Source: Oikopleura dioica (lineage: Eukaryota > Animalia > Chordata). From it: a stretch of DNA of 64,000 nt. A model generated the notes under the pieces. That model was not told the origin of the DNA. It searched no databases and was given only the letters and a program-made list of their open reading frames with translations. Positions 1-11,726 of the stretch are shown piece by piece. The stretch is taken from assembly GCA_907165135.1 (NCBI GenBank), contig OU015566.1, positions 5,704,001 through 5,768,000 on the forward strand, written 5' to 3'. The translations under genes and the position numbers were made by a program. The first letter of the stretch is position 1. Each line of letters opens with the position of its first letter.

Positions 1-3000
1 CCACATTGGTTTCCGCGCCTCAACTTGGGCAACGATTTTTATCTGTTGGATCGTTTTGAAATGGAACATCCTCACGAAAGAGAAGCGCCAAGAGCTCAAC
101 AAAAAAGACATGCAAGATTATGACGATTTAGTCAATTTCAACGTCCCTATTTTTTCTGAAATGTCAATTGATAAATTTATCAAAAATTTAAAAGCATTTA
201 ATTTTTTTGGCTGGAAAAACTTGTAAATTATATTTTCTCAAAATTCTCATTCGAAAACTTTCAGAAGAAAAATGGGATGGCTTTCTTCTTACGGCCCTCA
301 TCACGTGAGAGCTATCAGGAGAATCAGCAGGACTCGTCCTCTTCGACTTTTTGAGAAGATCGATGATTTCGCTAAGCTGCCATCGAAAATTAAGCTGATC
401 AACGACATCAATTACAAAAGATATCGGGAAGCGACTAAAGCCGAGTTGAAAGTTTTTGGAGAAAAGGCGAATCTGTCCAATTATAAAAAGCTCGGAAGTG
501 GGCCTCCTTACAAGGTAGATTCGTTCGAAAATCTGGAAAGTTAACGATTCTAGTTTAAAAATACATGGCGCGAGGACGATTTCAAACGGACAGGAGCGCA
601 CTTGCTGGTGAACCATACAGTCTTTGGCAAGCTCCGACAAGATACAGTCAACCAAACCGAGCTCTGGAATCCAATCGCGCATTTCAACATCTCCCCCGCG
701 TCCCAGAAACTCATCAACGAATTCTACCTCCAGATTCCAGCGAAAAACGGGCTGCAATGGATGCACCATCAAATTGGATGGAGATATTTGAAGAATTTCA
801 TGTGGTGGAGGAGTTTTCGAAAGCCGGACTATATTTTTGACATGAAGGACTTTGAGAACTCATGGGCTGTGATGGATCAGTTTTTGGATAAAGTCGAGAA
901 AGCGGCGGAAAAACACTCGATTTCGACGATGAAATTTACAGCCGACTCGGTGAAGAATAATTATTTGGATATAACCGACACGCTGTATTTCGACCAGCCA
1001 AGATATTATTTTATGCTCAGAACGCTTGAATTTTACAAACGTTGTAATCCAGAAGTTCAGGAAATTCTAAAGCATCGAATTGACGAGTATTTCTCTCGTG
1101 AAAACATCAAAGAAGGCCAGCTCGTTTTGAGAAGACAAATCACAGACCCCCTTGATCGAGAAAATTTAAACGAGTACCTCGAAAACCCACCAAGTTATAT
1201 CGACAAATATGTTCCTGCGATGGACAAAATCTGGGAGCAACGAATCGGTGATTTCAAAATAAAACGGAATGAAGAGCTCTTTGCCGACGAAGAAAAACTC
1301 CGAGAGCTTTTTGAAAAACAGATGGAAATTGAAGCAAGAGGGTCAATCACTGTCGATGTTGATTATCCCTCGCAGACGAAATACGAACATAATCGCAAGC
1401 GACTCAATTTAGAAAAGTTCACCCCTGAGTTGGTCAAATCGATGCTAGAGAAATACATGGTCGAGTGGGAAAAGATCCTTGGCGACAGGATGATCCAAAT
1501 GTACATTGAAATGTCGGAGCATGCGATTTCCGACTTGAATCTTCTCGAGTCTCTCAAATTCCTTGAAATACGCGCGTTTTTTGAAACACTTGTTGAAGCA
1601 GGCGGCGACGATCCCGAGAAGTTCATCCGATATCTGGCCAAGCAGATGGTCTGGGGAAGCTACAGCGAAGTTGCGATGTCACAAGAATATCTCGTCACAA
1701 CCATGATTCTGCTCCCACATGTTTGGGATTATTGCATCATGACACTGGAGAAGGCCTTGATCAATCCGACCTTCGAGGATTACAAAAGATGGTTCACTGG
1801 GGACAATAATGATCACGTCGGCAATGCGGGAGCGTTGTTCCATGATTTGGCGTATCATAAGTCTTCAGAAATCGGACTTCAGTTGAATAGAGTGCTAGTC
1901 AATTTGATGAGGGAGACTCTTCAGTTTCATAGGTAAGCTCATGTTGAATATCTAGAGGATAGGAGTTCGTGAACGATTAGTTTATCAAGTCTGTAATACT
2001 CTTCTCAGAACTCCGGCAGAAGCACTAGAATGGTACAACTCAACTCGTCCTTTAGAAGAGGATCTTCTCAACAACCAGCTTCATCCGTGGATCATGCTAA
2101 CCGACAGAGATCATCCCTCTCAAAACATGTTTCAAGACCTCGCTTTTATCTTTCGCATGGGAACTTACACGGACAAATACTCTGCGATGCCGATGGTTTG
2201 TCCGCCAAGACCCTACAAGATCTTCGATAATCAAATCAAAGGCCAATTTCTTACCTCGCCAAGATTGCTGGTCAAAAGAAAAAAGATGCGAAACCCGAAG
2301 CCGTATCACATCGAAGAGTCCTACGGCTGGAAACAGTATCCGAAAGAAAAGATCAATCACATGCTCACTGCCTGCAACGCCATTGCCCAACAAAGCTGGA
2401 GCATCAACAAAGAAATCGTTGATATACTCGAAGAAGTAACAAAAGAAGGAGGAATGTACACATTGAAAGTTCCAATGCGCGACTGCTGGGATGTTTCTCA
2501 CGGAATCAAGTCGATTGTAACCACCTCAACGTCTGATCCTCTTTACAATAGACACAAGCAAGTAGAAACACGACTAAGGGTTGAAGAAAAGGGACTGTAT
2601 GTTACTTTCCAGAGCCATTTAGGCCTCGCCAAGTACTTTTCCCAGTTCGACGAGTTCTGGCTCCCTCTGGACTTGGACTACAGAGGTCGGATTTATCCAA
2701 CAACGGCTATTATGAATCCGCTATCGAGTGACCCCTACAGAGCGACTTTTCAGTTTGGACGAGCAAGAAAACTAGGTGGAAGGCAAAAGAATGGTTTCAC
2801 CGGATTCGAGTGGCTGTTGATTCAGTGCATCGCACTTTCTGATAAGAAAAAGAAAGCGACTCACGAGGAAATGCTCCATTTCGCATGGCAAAATTTCCAC
2901 GCGATTTGTGACTCTGGTCGAGAACCTCTTACTGGCTATAGATGGTGGGAAACTTGTGAGAAACCGTTTCAGGTGCTCGCTGCTTGTATGGAGATTTGGA

Positions 3001-4190
3001 AGGCGACACAACTGGACGATCCAGCGGAGTATGAGACGAAAATTTCAGTCCACATGGACGGAACTTGCAACGGATTCCAGCACTACTCTGCCATGGGAAG
3101 AGATACTATCGGCGCTATCTTCACAAATGTTCTTCCAACTGAGCGGCCTTCTGACTTCTACCACTCGATTCTCGAATCAGCGCTGAAGCTGATGGATGAA
3201 GATATTGCCGCCGAAGGAGCAAACTTCGAAAAGCTTCGAATCGCGAAAATCGCCCGCAAAGTCGTCAACCGTTCAATTGTCAAGAGACCTGTCATGGCTA
3301 TTCCGTACGGCTTATCTGTCAGAGGCGCCGTCGACATTTGCAGAAACAATCTTCACGGGAAAATTTCCACTGCCGATTTGACCCCCGTGGCGCAGTATAT
3401 CATCAGGAACTTGTTCAGTTCGATCAATCAGACGTTCCGAAACTCGATGGCGATCAAGCAGTGGCTCGCTGGGTACAATCGATTTTGCTCCTCGAAACTC
3501 GGAGTTCCGATTGAGTACATTTCGCCGATGGGATTTCCTGGTGAGCTTTAATTTTTCTTTTCCAAGTTTTACCTGGCGATTTCAGTGTCGCAGATTGGAT
3601 ACAAAAGTATGCTGCAAAGAAAGACCTCGATGGAAGTACTGATAGCTGCTGTAGACGAGAATAGAATAAAGAACGAAAGGGATAATTGCTACGGAGTGTT
3701 TCCCGCGGCAGATGGTCAACGATCCGGAAACTCGCTCTCGCCGAACTTTGTTCATGCGATTGATGCGAGTCATTTGCTCATGAGTTACACTATGTTTGCT
3801 AAAGGTAGAGCGCTCTTTCATGTCCTCTTTTGATAACTTTTTTTAGCTGCGAAAGAAGAAAGAGGGACGGAAGCAGATTTCGGATCAATCCACGACTCGT
3901 TTTGGTGCCACCCTTCTCAAGTAGATCTATTGAATGAAAACCTCCGCGAAGCGTTCATCGACATGTATGAAAATTTCGACCCTATCACGACTTTTGCTGA
4001 ACACATGGAGAACTGGGTGATTCCGGAACGTCTGTGGCCGAAGCGATTCGATAATTTGCCGGAAAGTGTAACGACGCTGGAGAATAAGCTGTCGCATCTG
4101 GAAAGAAGAGAAACGCTGTTTCATAACCGGCCGGAGAAAGGAGATATGGATATACAAAAAGTCAGAGATTCAAAGTATTTCTTCTGCTGA
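1..4190 (+). CDS. POLRMT: Mitochondrial single-subunit (T7-like) RNA polymerase, multi-exon; 5' end at or before the window start
   Basis: Motifs DYRGRIYP, MDGTCNGFQHYSAMGRD, RSIVKRPVMAIPYG, SPNFVHAIDASHL, IHDSFWCHP and terminal KYFFC. ORFs 602-1936, 2094-3551, 3585-3833 and 3930-4190 join through phase-compatible GT-AG introns (e.g. 1933-2008, 3541-3585). Confidence 0.95.
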
Positions 4191-4285
4191 ACAGTTCCAC
4201 TTTTCTACCTTCAATATGATTGTAAATATAATTAAACCTGACTAGATCTATTCTTGCTGAAAAGTCTTATTTAGTTTATAACTGA

Positions 4286-5287
4286 ATGTTTTCTATAATA
4301 AGAATGAATAAAAATGAAATAAACGCGTTTCTGCGCAGGTATTTGCTGGCAACAGGGCGGCAAAAATCTCTTGATGCACTTGAAGATGACTGGAAAAGGA
4401 CTCAAAAAGGGAATGAACTGAAAAAGGAAGGATTCAAGCTCAGTTTTGAAATTCAAAAGCCTCCAAAAAGAATGTCACTTCTTGAAGATGCGAAGGTGAC
4501 TGAAAGAAAGCGACCGAAAAAAGCAAAAATTGCTTCAGATGATTCGGATGTAAAAGGTTTGATATTATCTAGGAACTTGCGAATAAAAAGGGTTTTAGAG
4601 AAGAAAGTAGAAGTTCCGAAAGAATTCAAGAAGTTGGCTAAAGCTGTTGGTCTCCCAAAAGATCACCTCGAATTCTTCTACGAGTACCGAGAAAGCTTCC
4701 ACTGGGAGGTGAAGAAGGACAACAGTATTTACTGTACTGGGAAATGCGGCAACTGCAAATTCAGCAGCAAAGTCAAGAAAAACTGCCTCGTCGAACACAT
4801 GATCTCTGTCCACAATCACGGCGACTTCAAATGCAAAGAACAAAACTGCAAATATGTTGGATTCTCTCATGGAAATCTTCAGCGGCACACAGCGCAATTC
4901 CACGGGATGGGCAAAGTCGGGTACAAGCTCAATAGAGTGCTTCAGTGCAAGTATTGTGATTACAGCTCGAGTCAGCGGAAAGTTCTCGACGAGCACGTGG
5001 CTGTGCACGAGAATAGGCTCCACCAATGCGAGTTCTGTACTTATAAATGTGCGACGCTGACAAATCTGAAATACCATCTCTTTGCCCACTTCAATATCCG
5101 ACCATTTGAATGTCAAACCTGCTCGGCTACTTTTCCCAGTCAATCCAAACTCGACTTCCACAAGAAGTTTCATTCAAAAGACTTTACGTGTAATCATTGC
5201 CTTGAAACCTATCCTACTCATAACTTGCTCGAAAAACACTTGAAAGTCTGCAGAGTCAGAATTCAAAAATTTAGGGATAGTCGATGA
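4286..5287 (+). CDS. LisH-motif + C2H2 zinc-finger protein, paralog 1
   Basis: N-terminal NKNEINAFLRRYLLATGRQKSLDALEDD fits the LisH pattern. Tandem CxxC...HxxxH fingers with a NIRPFEC linker. Probable 42-nt in-frame intron near 4557-4598. Confidence 0.8.
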   Translation: MFSIIRMNKNEINAFLRRYLLATGRQKSLDALEDDWKRTQKGNELKKEGFKLSFEIQKPPKRMSLLEDAKVTERKRPKKAKIASDDSDVKGLILSRNLRIKRVLEKKVEVPKEFKKLAKAVGLPKDHLEFFYEYRESFHWEVKKDNSIYCTGKCGNCKFSSKVKKNCLVEHMISVHNHGDFKCKEQNCKYVGFSHGNLQRHTAQFHGMGKVGYKLNRVLQCKYCDYSSSQRKVLDEHVAVHENRLHQCEFCTYKCATLTNLKYHLFAHFNIRPFECQTCSATFPSQSKLDFHKKFHSKDFTCNHCLETYPTHNLLEKHLKVCRVRIQKFRDSR

Positions 5288-5363
5288 CACTTTCTTCCTT
5301 TCTCAACCAAGCACTGTAGAACAGATCAAATAAAATCACTCAATAAAATATGAACTCATAAGA

Positions 5364-6330
5364 ATGGATAAAACTCGGATAAATGCGTTTCTATTAAAAT
5401 ATCTAATGGAAACAGAGCGGCGAAGAACCCTTGACGCTCTCAAAAATGAGCTGCACGAAAAGACTTCGAAATCGGAAGGAGTAAAACTGAGTTTTGCCAT
5501 TCAAAAACCTCCAAAAAGAAAGCCATCATTTGCACCTCCAGCAATTCACAAACGAACGAAAAAAGCAAAAATTTCTCGTGATGATTTGGATCCAAAAGGT
5601 AGATCAAACGTCCGATAGATTTTTGTGAGATTCTCATTTAGAGAAGAAAATCGAAGTTCCAGAAGAATTCAAGAAATTGGCAAAAGCTGTTGGTCTCCCA
5701 AAAGACCATCTTGAGTTCTTCTACGAGCATCGAGAGAGCTTTCACTGGGAAATGAAGAAAGACAACCATATCTACTGCACTGGAAGACGTGGCAACTGTA
5801 AATTCAACACAACCGTAAAGAAGAACTGTCTTGCCGAGCACATGATTTCTGACCACAATCACGGTGAATTCAAATGTCAAGAAGAAAACTGCCAATTTGT
5901 TGGTTTCTCGAAGGGAAATCTCAAACGACACAAAGCGCATTTTCACGGAATGGGCAAAGTCGGTTACAGGCAAAATCGAGTTCTTCAGTGCAAGTATTGC
6001 GACTACAGTTCCAGCCAGCAAAAAGTCCTCGACGAGCACCAAGCTGTCCACGAAAACACTCTCCAACACTGTGAGTTCTGTACTTATACTTGCGCAACGA
6101 TGGCCAATCTCAAAAATCATCTCTTCGCGCATTTCAACATTCGACCATTTGAGTGTGAAATCTGTTCCTCCACTTTTGCCAGTCAGGCAAAACTCAACTA
6201 CCACAAAAGAGCTCATTTCAACGACTTCTCTTGCAATCATTGCCTTGAAACTTGCCAGTCGGCGAGTTTACTTTTTAAACATCTGAAAAAATGCAAAGTT
6301 CGAATTGAAAAGTATCATGAAAGCCGGTGA
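5364..6330 (+). CDS. LisH-motif + C2H2 zinc-finger protein, paralog 2 (two exons)
   Basis: Exon 1 begins MDKTRINAFLLKYLMETERRRTLDALKNEL. After an intron near 5598-5641, exon 2 (KKLAKAVGLPKDHLEFFYEHRESFHW...) is closely similar to paralog 1. Confidence 0.8.
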
Positions 6331-6467
6331 AAATATCCGATTTTATTGCAAAAAGTCAAGCAGATGTGTTGAACAGATCACTTTAGAATGGATTTATGTT
6401 GAAAACATCGAATGGTTGAAGTCGTGTTTACTTGTCAGAATTGATTATTTAGCCTTAATTGTTGTTG

Positions 6468-9400
6468 AAACTTTCTTATTTCCAAACAATGAGAAATATT
6501 CTCTTAATTTTTTCACATTTCCTAATGGGAGATTCATCATAAAGAGAAAAATTTCCACCACTTTTGCGTCCGTCACTTTTTCTTCCCCAGCACTGCATGC
6601 ACACAGCAGTTAGTGCTAGAATAAGTCCTAAAACAGCAATGATCCTTATTTACACTATCTTCCGAACCTAAGTAAACTAAGACATCGGTGACGAACTTAT
6701 TCGTAGAGTACGTTGAATGTTCTTCTACGAAAGTAACTTTTTCTAAAAAAAACGGATTTTTTATCAAGCGAGTTTTGTTGAGAAAACCTTCAGTTGTACG
6801 TAAAACCGCTCTCATGAAATATTGGTCTGTATCTTTCCTTGTATTCGACGGCTCTTCGTATTGAATGGTGACTGGCTTGAATTCGTAGCTCTGGCAGGCA
6901 GGCAGACAGGTTCTGTTCAATGCCCGTGGTTTTTTTACATAGCGCTTGATCCTTTGCGCGACGCATTTTGCATTGTCAAAGAATGAGCACGCAAATTTTT
7001 GGACGAAATCTCTACACAGAGTTTACTCAAGAACAGTCCTGGATGAGTTACCTCTCTGGAAGATTATGAAGATAATCTGGTTGACAATTGCATTTATCGA
7101 CTATTTCGCGAATAAGTTGAACCATCTCGCAAGCCGATTTACTGTATGTATCAGAAGGAGGGACAGAAATGCACTTGGTATACGGAACCCCTAGATAAGA
7201 GTTTTTGAAAAGCTTGAAATTGACGATTGAAATCAGCTCAGATTGAAGGGTGAAGGCCTTTTTTCTTCCTCCATAATATCGGTATAATAATTGTAGTAGA
7301 GTTGGAGACCGCGCTTTTCTCCAAACCACCCATAGGTTTCGTCGGACTTGTTCATTCCCGCCACAAAGTCCAAGTTATGCTCCGATGAATCTTTATTTCC
7401 ATATTCTGGATAGAGGTCCAATTCGAGACATCGCCCGAGCTTGGTCTTCTTTGTTTTCCAAAGGTGATCACAATTCAAACTACCGTCGAAAAGGCAATTC
7501 TGTATCTCAATATCTGGCTGCGTTTTAACAAAAAAATCATTGAGGTCTATTCGATCGAATCTTTCCCAGTGCTTCTCATCCCAATAAAGGCTCTCTTCGG
7601 ACGACCCATAAAATGCTCTAATAAAGTAATTATTCAATGCTTGCCAAGAAACTTACTTAAGAATAGAATCGTTGATCTCCGGGTAATATTTTTGCATCTT
7701 CCATTTTGAGTGCATCTGGTAAGGGCAAATCGTTATTTTTGGGAAGGTCTTAGGTCGGATTTATAGCTCCTGATAGATAGAAATATCAAAAGGAGAAAGA
7801 AGAATCCCATCACGAAACTTGCTCGACTTCCCTATCAACTAACACCGAAGGATATTGAAGATAAATTTTCTATAAAGAAATAATGGGACGTGAAAATATA
7901 AATTTTTCGTTTTGACAAAATGTCGTAAACGTAACATTTTTCAAAATCTGAAAGTGCAGGTATGTCGAGCTTGATGTGCCATTTATGAATCTGCAAAAAA
8001 ATTTTGGGATTTCATTATTATGAAGCGTGGGCGGGGCGATCTAAGAAAAAGTTACGGACTCGCCTAGGGACCAGGGGTACTTCTTTTTTCGAATTTTCTT
8101 TGTGCTTTATTATTCTCTATGATCCAAGGACGCTTCATCTTTTTTTAGATTTAAAATTACTCATCGCAATCCAGAAATATTGCGTAATTCATGATTTTCT
8201 TGTATAAACTATTAATTTATAACACCTACACTATTTATATTGATTATATCGCCGTCCTCGGCCAGGATATGGCCACTTAAGGTCGAATTCGGTCAAGTTT
8301 GGCCGGAGGACCTCCCGGAGGACCACCCTGATGGAAGACTAATAGCTGGAAGACCAATATTTACAAAAGTTAGTGAATAGCTACGGAGGGCCAGTAATTG
8401 CCATTTTCGGCTAACTTCGGTCATTTTATGCCGGAGGACCTCCCGGAGGACCACTCTGGTGGAAGACTAACTGCTGGAAAACCAATATTTATAAAAATTA
8501 GTAAATAGCCATGGAGGGCCAGTTTTTGCCATTTTCGGCAAATTTCGCTAATTTTCTGCCGGAGGACCTCCCGGAGGACGACCCTTGTGGAAGACTAACT
8601 AAAAGAAGACCAATATTTATAAGAGGCGTTTTTATTGTAAATAGCCGTGTTATTGCCAATTCGGGCCGACTACGGTCATTTTGCGCCAAAAATATCTTAA
8701 AGGATCTGTTTGCTGGAAAACCTTATATTAAAAACCTGCGAATACTTAATATTAAATTAATAAATTGTCTTTTTGCTTCATATATTGAATTTAGTGTGAG
8801 ACGGGGCCAAGCCACGAGTAGCGGGGCAACCCGCTTATATTAAATTAAATCTTAGACAGGGCTCAGCCGACCCAAAGGAGAGGCATGCCCGTTTATTCAA
8901 TTAAATCCGAGACAGGGCCGACTCAATCCGAAGAGGCGGAAAGCCCGGTATGTTGAATTAAGTCTGAGACAAAACCAAGCTGACCCGAAGGGGATGCAAG
9001 CCCTGTTTATTCAGTTATATCTGACACGAAGCCAAGTCAACCCGTAGGTGAGGCAAGCCCCGTATATTCAATTCAATCTAAGACGGGGCAAAGCCGACCC
9101 AAAGAGGGCCCAACCGAACCGAAAGGAAGGCAAGCCCTGTATTATCAATTAAATTTTAGACGGAGCCAAGCCGACCCGAAGGAAAGGTAATCTCCCCATA
9201 GATATTTAAGTTTTAGAGTAAGAATACATCCTTATGCGCAGCCTAATTCACTGTAGATTTTAAACCAGCTAGTTGCAAACTTAGCCCTTAAATATTATCT
9301 CTTCCCTTGCTACAATATATTCTCAATAATACGCTGGTCTAGTTTTGCCCGTCATAATTATATTGACGCGCTTTTTTTAAGGTTGGGGTATTTAAATCTC

Positions 9401-11570
9401 CCACTAACTTCATTTTAGGCCCGGAACACCATATATATTTAGAATCAGTAGGAAAAATCTAGAAACTTGACCGTAACCGATTCTCAAAAATCGTACCCCA
9501 CTTCTGCTGCTTCACCCAACTCCCCCAGTTGACCTGTTGTGCCGCGCTCCCTTTCGGTTGGGCCCCGTCTCAGACTGAATTGAATAAACGTGGCAAGCCT
9601 CCCCTTCGGGTCGGCTTCTCCCTGTCTCAGACTGAAATAATTATACGGGGCTTGCCTCCTCTTTGGGTCGGCTTTGCCCCGTCTTAGATTGAATTGAATA
9701 TACGGGGCTTGCCTCACCTACGGGTTGACTTGGCTTCGTGTCAGATATAACTGAATAAACAGGGCTTGCATCCCCTTCGGGTCAGCTTGGTTTTGTCTCA
9801 GACTTAATTCAACATACCGGGCTTTCCGCCTCTTCGGATTGAGTCGGCCCTGTCTCGGATTTAATTGAATAAACGGGCATGCCTCTCCTTTGGGTCGGCT
9901 GAGCCCTGTCTAAGATTTAATTTAATATAAGCGGGTTGCCCCGCTACTCGTGGCTTGGCCCCGTCTCACACTAAATTCAATATATGAAGCAAAAAGACAA
10001 TTTATTAATTTAATATTAAGTATTCGCAGGTTTTTAATATAAGGTTTTCCAGCAAACAGATCCTTTAAGATATTTTTGGCGCAAAATGACCGTAGTCGGC
10101 CCGAATTGGCAATAACACGGCTATTTACAATAAAAACGCCTCTTATAAATATTGGTCTTCTTTTAGTTAGTCTTCCACAAGGGTCGTCCTCCGGGAGGTC
10201 CTCCGGCAGAAAATTAGCGAGATTTGCCGAAAATGGCAAAAACTGGCCCTCCATGGCTATTTACTAATTTTTATAAATATTGGTTTTCCAGCAGTTAGTC
10301 TTCCACCAGAGTGGTCCTCCGGGAGGTCCTCCGGCATAAAATGACCGAAGTTAGCCGAAAATGGCAATTACTGGCCCTCCGTAGCTATTCACTAACTTTT
10401 GTAAATATTGGTCTTCCAGCTATTAGTCTTCCATCAGGGTGGTCCTCCGGGAGGTCCTCCGGCCAAACTTGACCGAATTCGACCTTAAGTGGCCATATCC
10501 TGGCCGAGGACGGCGATATAATCAATATAAATAGTGTAGGTGTTATAAATTAATAGTTTATACAAGAAAATCATGAATTACGCAATATTTCTGGATTGCG
10601 ATGAGTAATTTTAAATCTAAAAAAAGATGAAGCGTCCTTGGATCATAGAGAATAATAAAGCACAAAGAAAATTCGAAAAAAGAAGTACCCCTGGTCCCTA
10701 GGCGAGTCCGTAACTTTTTCTTAGATCGCCCCGCCCACGCTTCATAATAATGAAATCCCAAAATTTTTTTGCAGATTCATAAATGGCACATCAAGCTCGA
10801 CATACCTGCACTTTCAGATTTTGAAAAATGTTACGTTTACGACATTTTGTCAAAACCGAAAATTTATATTTTCACGTCCCAATGCATAAGTTTCAGCTCA
10901 AAAATGATTTTAACTTACAATGGCACTGCGAGTCATCATGGCTAGATAAAAGACGATAAGGCAGTAGATAGCCAGCATCACTAGCTTGCATCTTTTCCCC
11001 AAAGAAAAGCTCTTTATCATACTCAGAATACTATCATACCAGTAGTCGCCTAGGGTCGGACTCCTTAACAGTTTCCCCATAAGGATTAAGGAAAGGAAAG
11101 TTTTCTGGCCAAAACCTACTAAGGATTAAGGAAAGGAAATTTTTCCGGGCAGAATGCAAAAAGGATTAAGGAAAGGGTTTTTCGAAAATTCAAAAATATT
11201 AAGGAAAAGGGTTTCAGAAAGGATTTTTCGCAATTTTTCTTGATAAAATCAAACCCAATTTTAGTACAAAAAATTTGTTGCAGTCAAAAATGGACTGAAA
11301 AATTCTTATGGCGTGAAAATTTGGCGAAATATCCTTTCTAAAACCCTGAATCTGAAAGGATTTAAGGGAAAATTATCAAGGATTTTTTTTCCTTGATAAA
11401 TGCCCGGAAAGGATAAAGGAAAGAGTTTTCCCTGTTGCAAAAGTCAAAAAGGATTAAGGAAAAATTAAGGATTAAGGAAAAAGGATCCTTAAAAAGGGTT
11501 AAAAAAAGGAAAGGAGTCCGACCCTAGGTAGTCGCCCATCCCATATGGAATATTTTCTCTGATGTTTCTC
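6468..11570 (-). CDS. Divergent DEG/ENaC (ASIC-like) channel subunit, multi-exon
   Basis: Reconstructed exons give TM1 (KLVMLAIYCLIVFYLAMM), YLQYP, TFPKITICP, TKLGRCLEL, Cys-rich YSKSACEM...KCNCQP, CLPACQSYEF and TM2 (FVTDVLVYLGLILALTAV). The 5' boundary is uncertain. Confidence 0.8.
7885..10880. mobile_element. Foldback-type non-autonomous DNA element with 1223-bp near-identical TIRs and a 3-bp AAT target duplication
   Basis: 7885-9107 is the reverse complement of 9658-10880; I noticed only two small substitution sites. Termini are GGGACGTG...CACGTCCC, with AAT on both flanks (7882-7884, 10881-10883). The arms contain roughly 127-bp and 56-bp subrepeats. The spacer has no credible ORF. Confidence 0.92.
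11050..11527. mobile_element. hAT-like MITE (478 bp)
   Basis: TIR CTAGGGTCGGACTCCTT / AAGGAGTCCGACCCTAG, 8-bp TSD GTAGTCGC (11042-11049, 11528-11535), and multiple subterminal AAGGATTAAGGAAA motifs. Confidence 0.9.
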
Positions 11571-11726
11571 CTTCAGCGCTTGTCTTTGAAAAAGGTTCAG
11601 GGCGCGCGAACCTCTACTGTATTATTAAAACTACTGTATAATTTCCTCAGCATATCTGTATTATACTCTCTTATAACGATGCCTAAAAGCGAGCTCTGTC
11701 AGATTTATTGACTGTATCAGTTTAGT

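Noticed and set aside
602-4190. Phage T7-like RNA polymerase as a horizontal transfer or prophage
   Set aside because: Spliceosomal introns and a long N-terminal extension indicate nuclear POLRMT; no phage genes nearby.
8300-9190. Regularly spaced repeats with spacers resembling a CRISPR array
   Set aside because: Eukaryotic intron context, spacers are homologous to each other, and no cas genes; these are TIR subrepeats.
8004-10761. Identical ORF pairs (67 aa, 110 aa, 63 aa) on opposite strands
   Set aside because: By-products of the inverted arms of the foldback element; no protein motifs.
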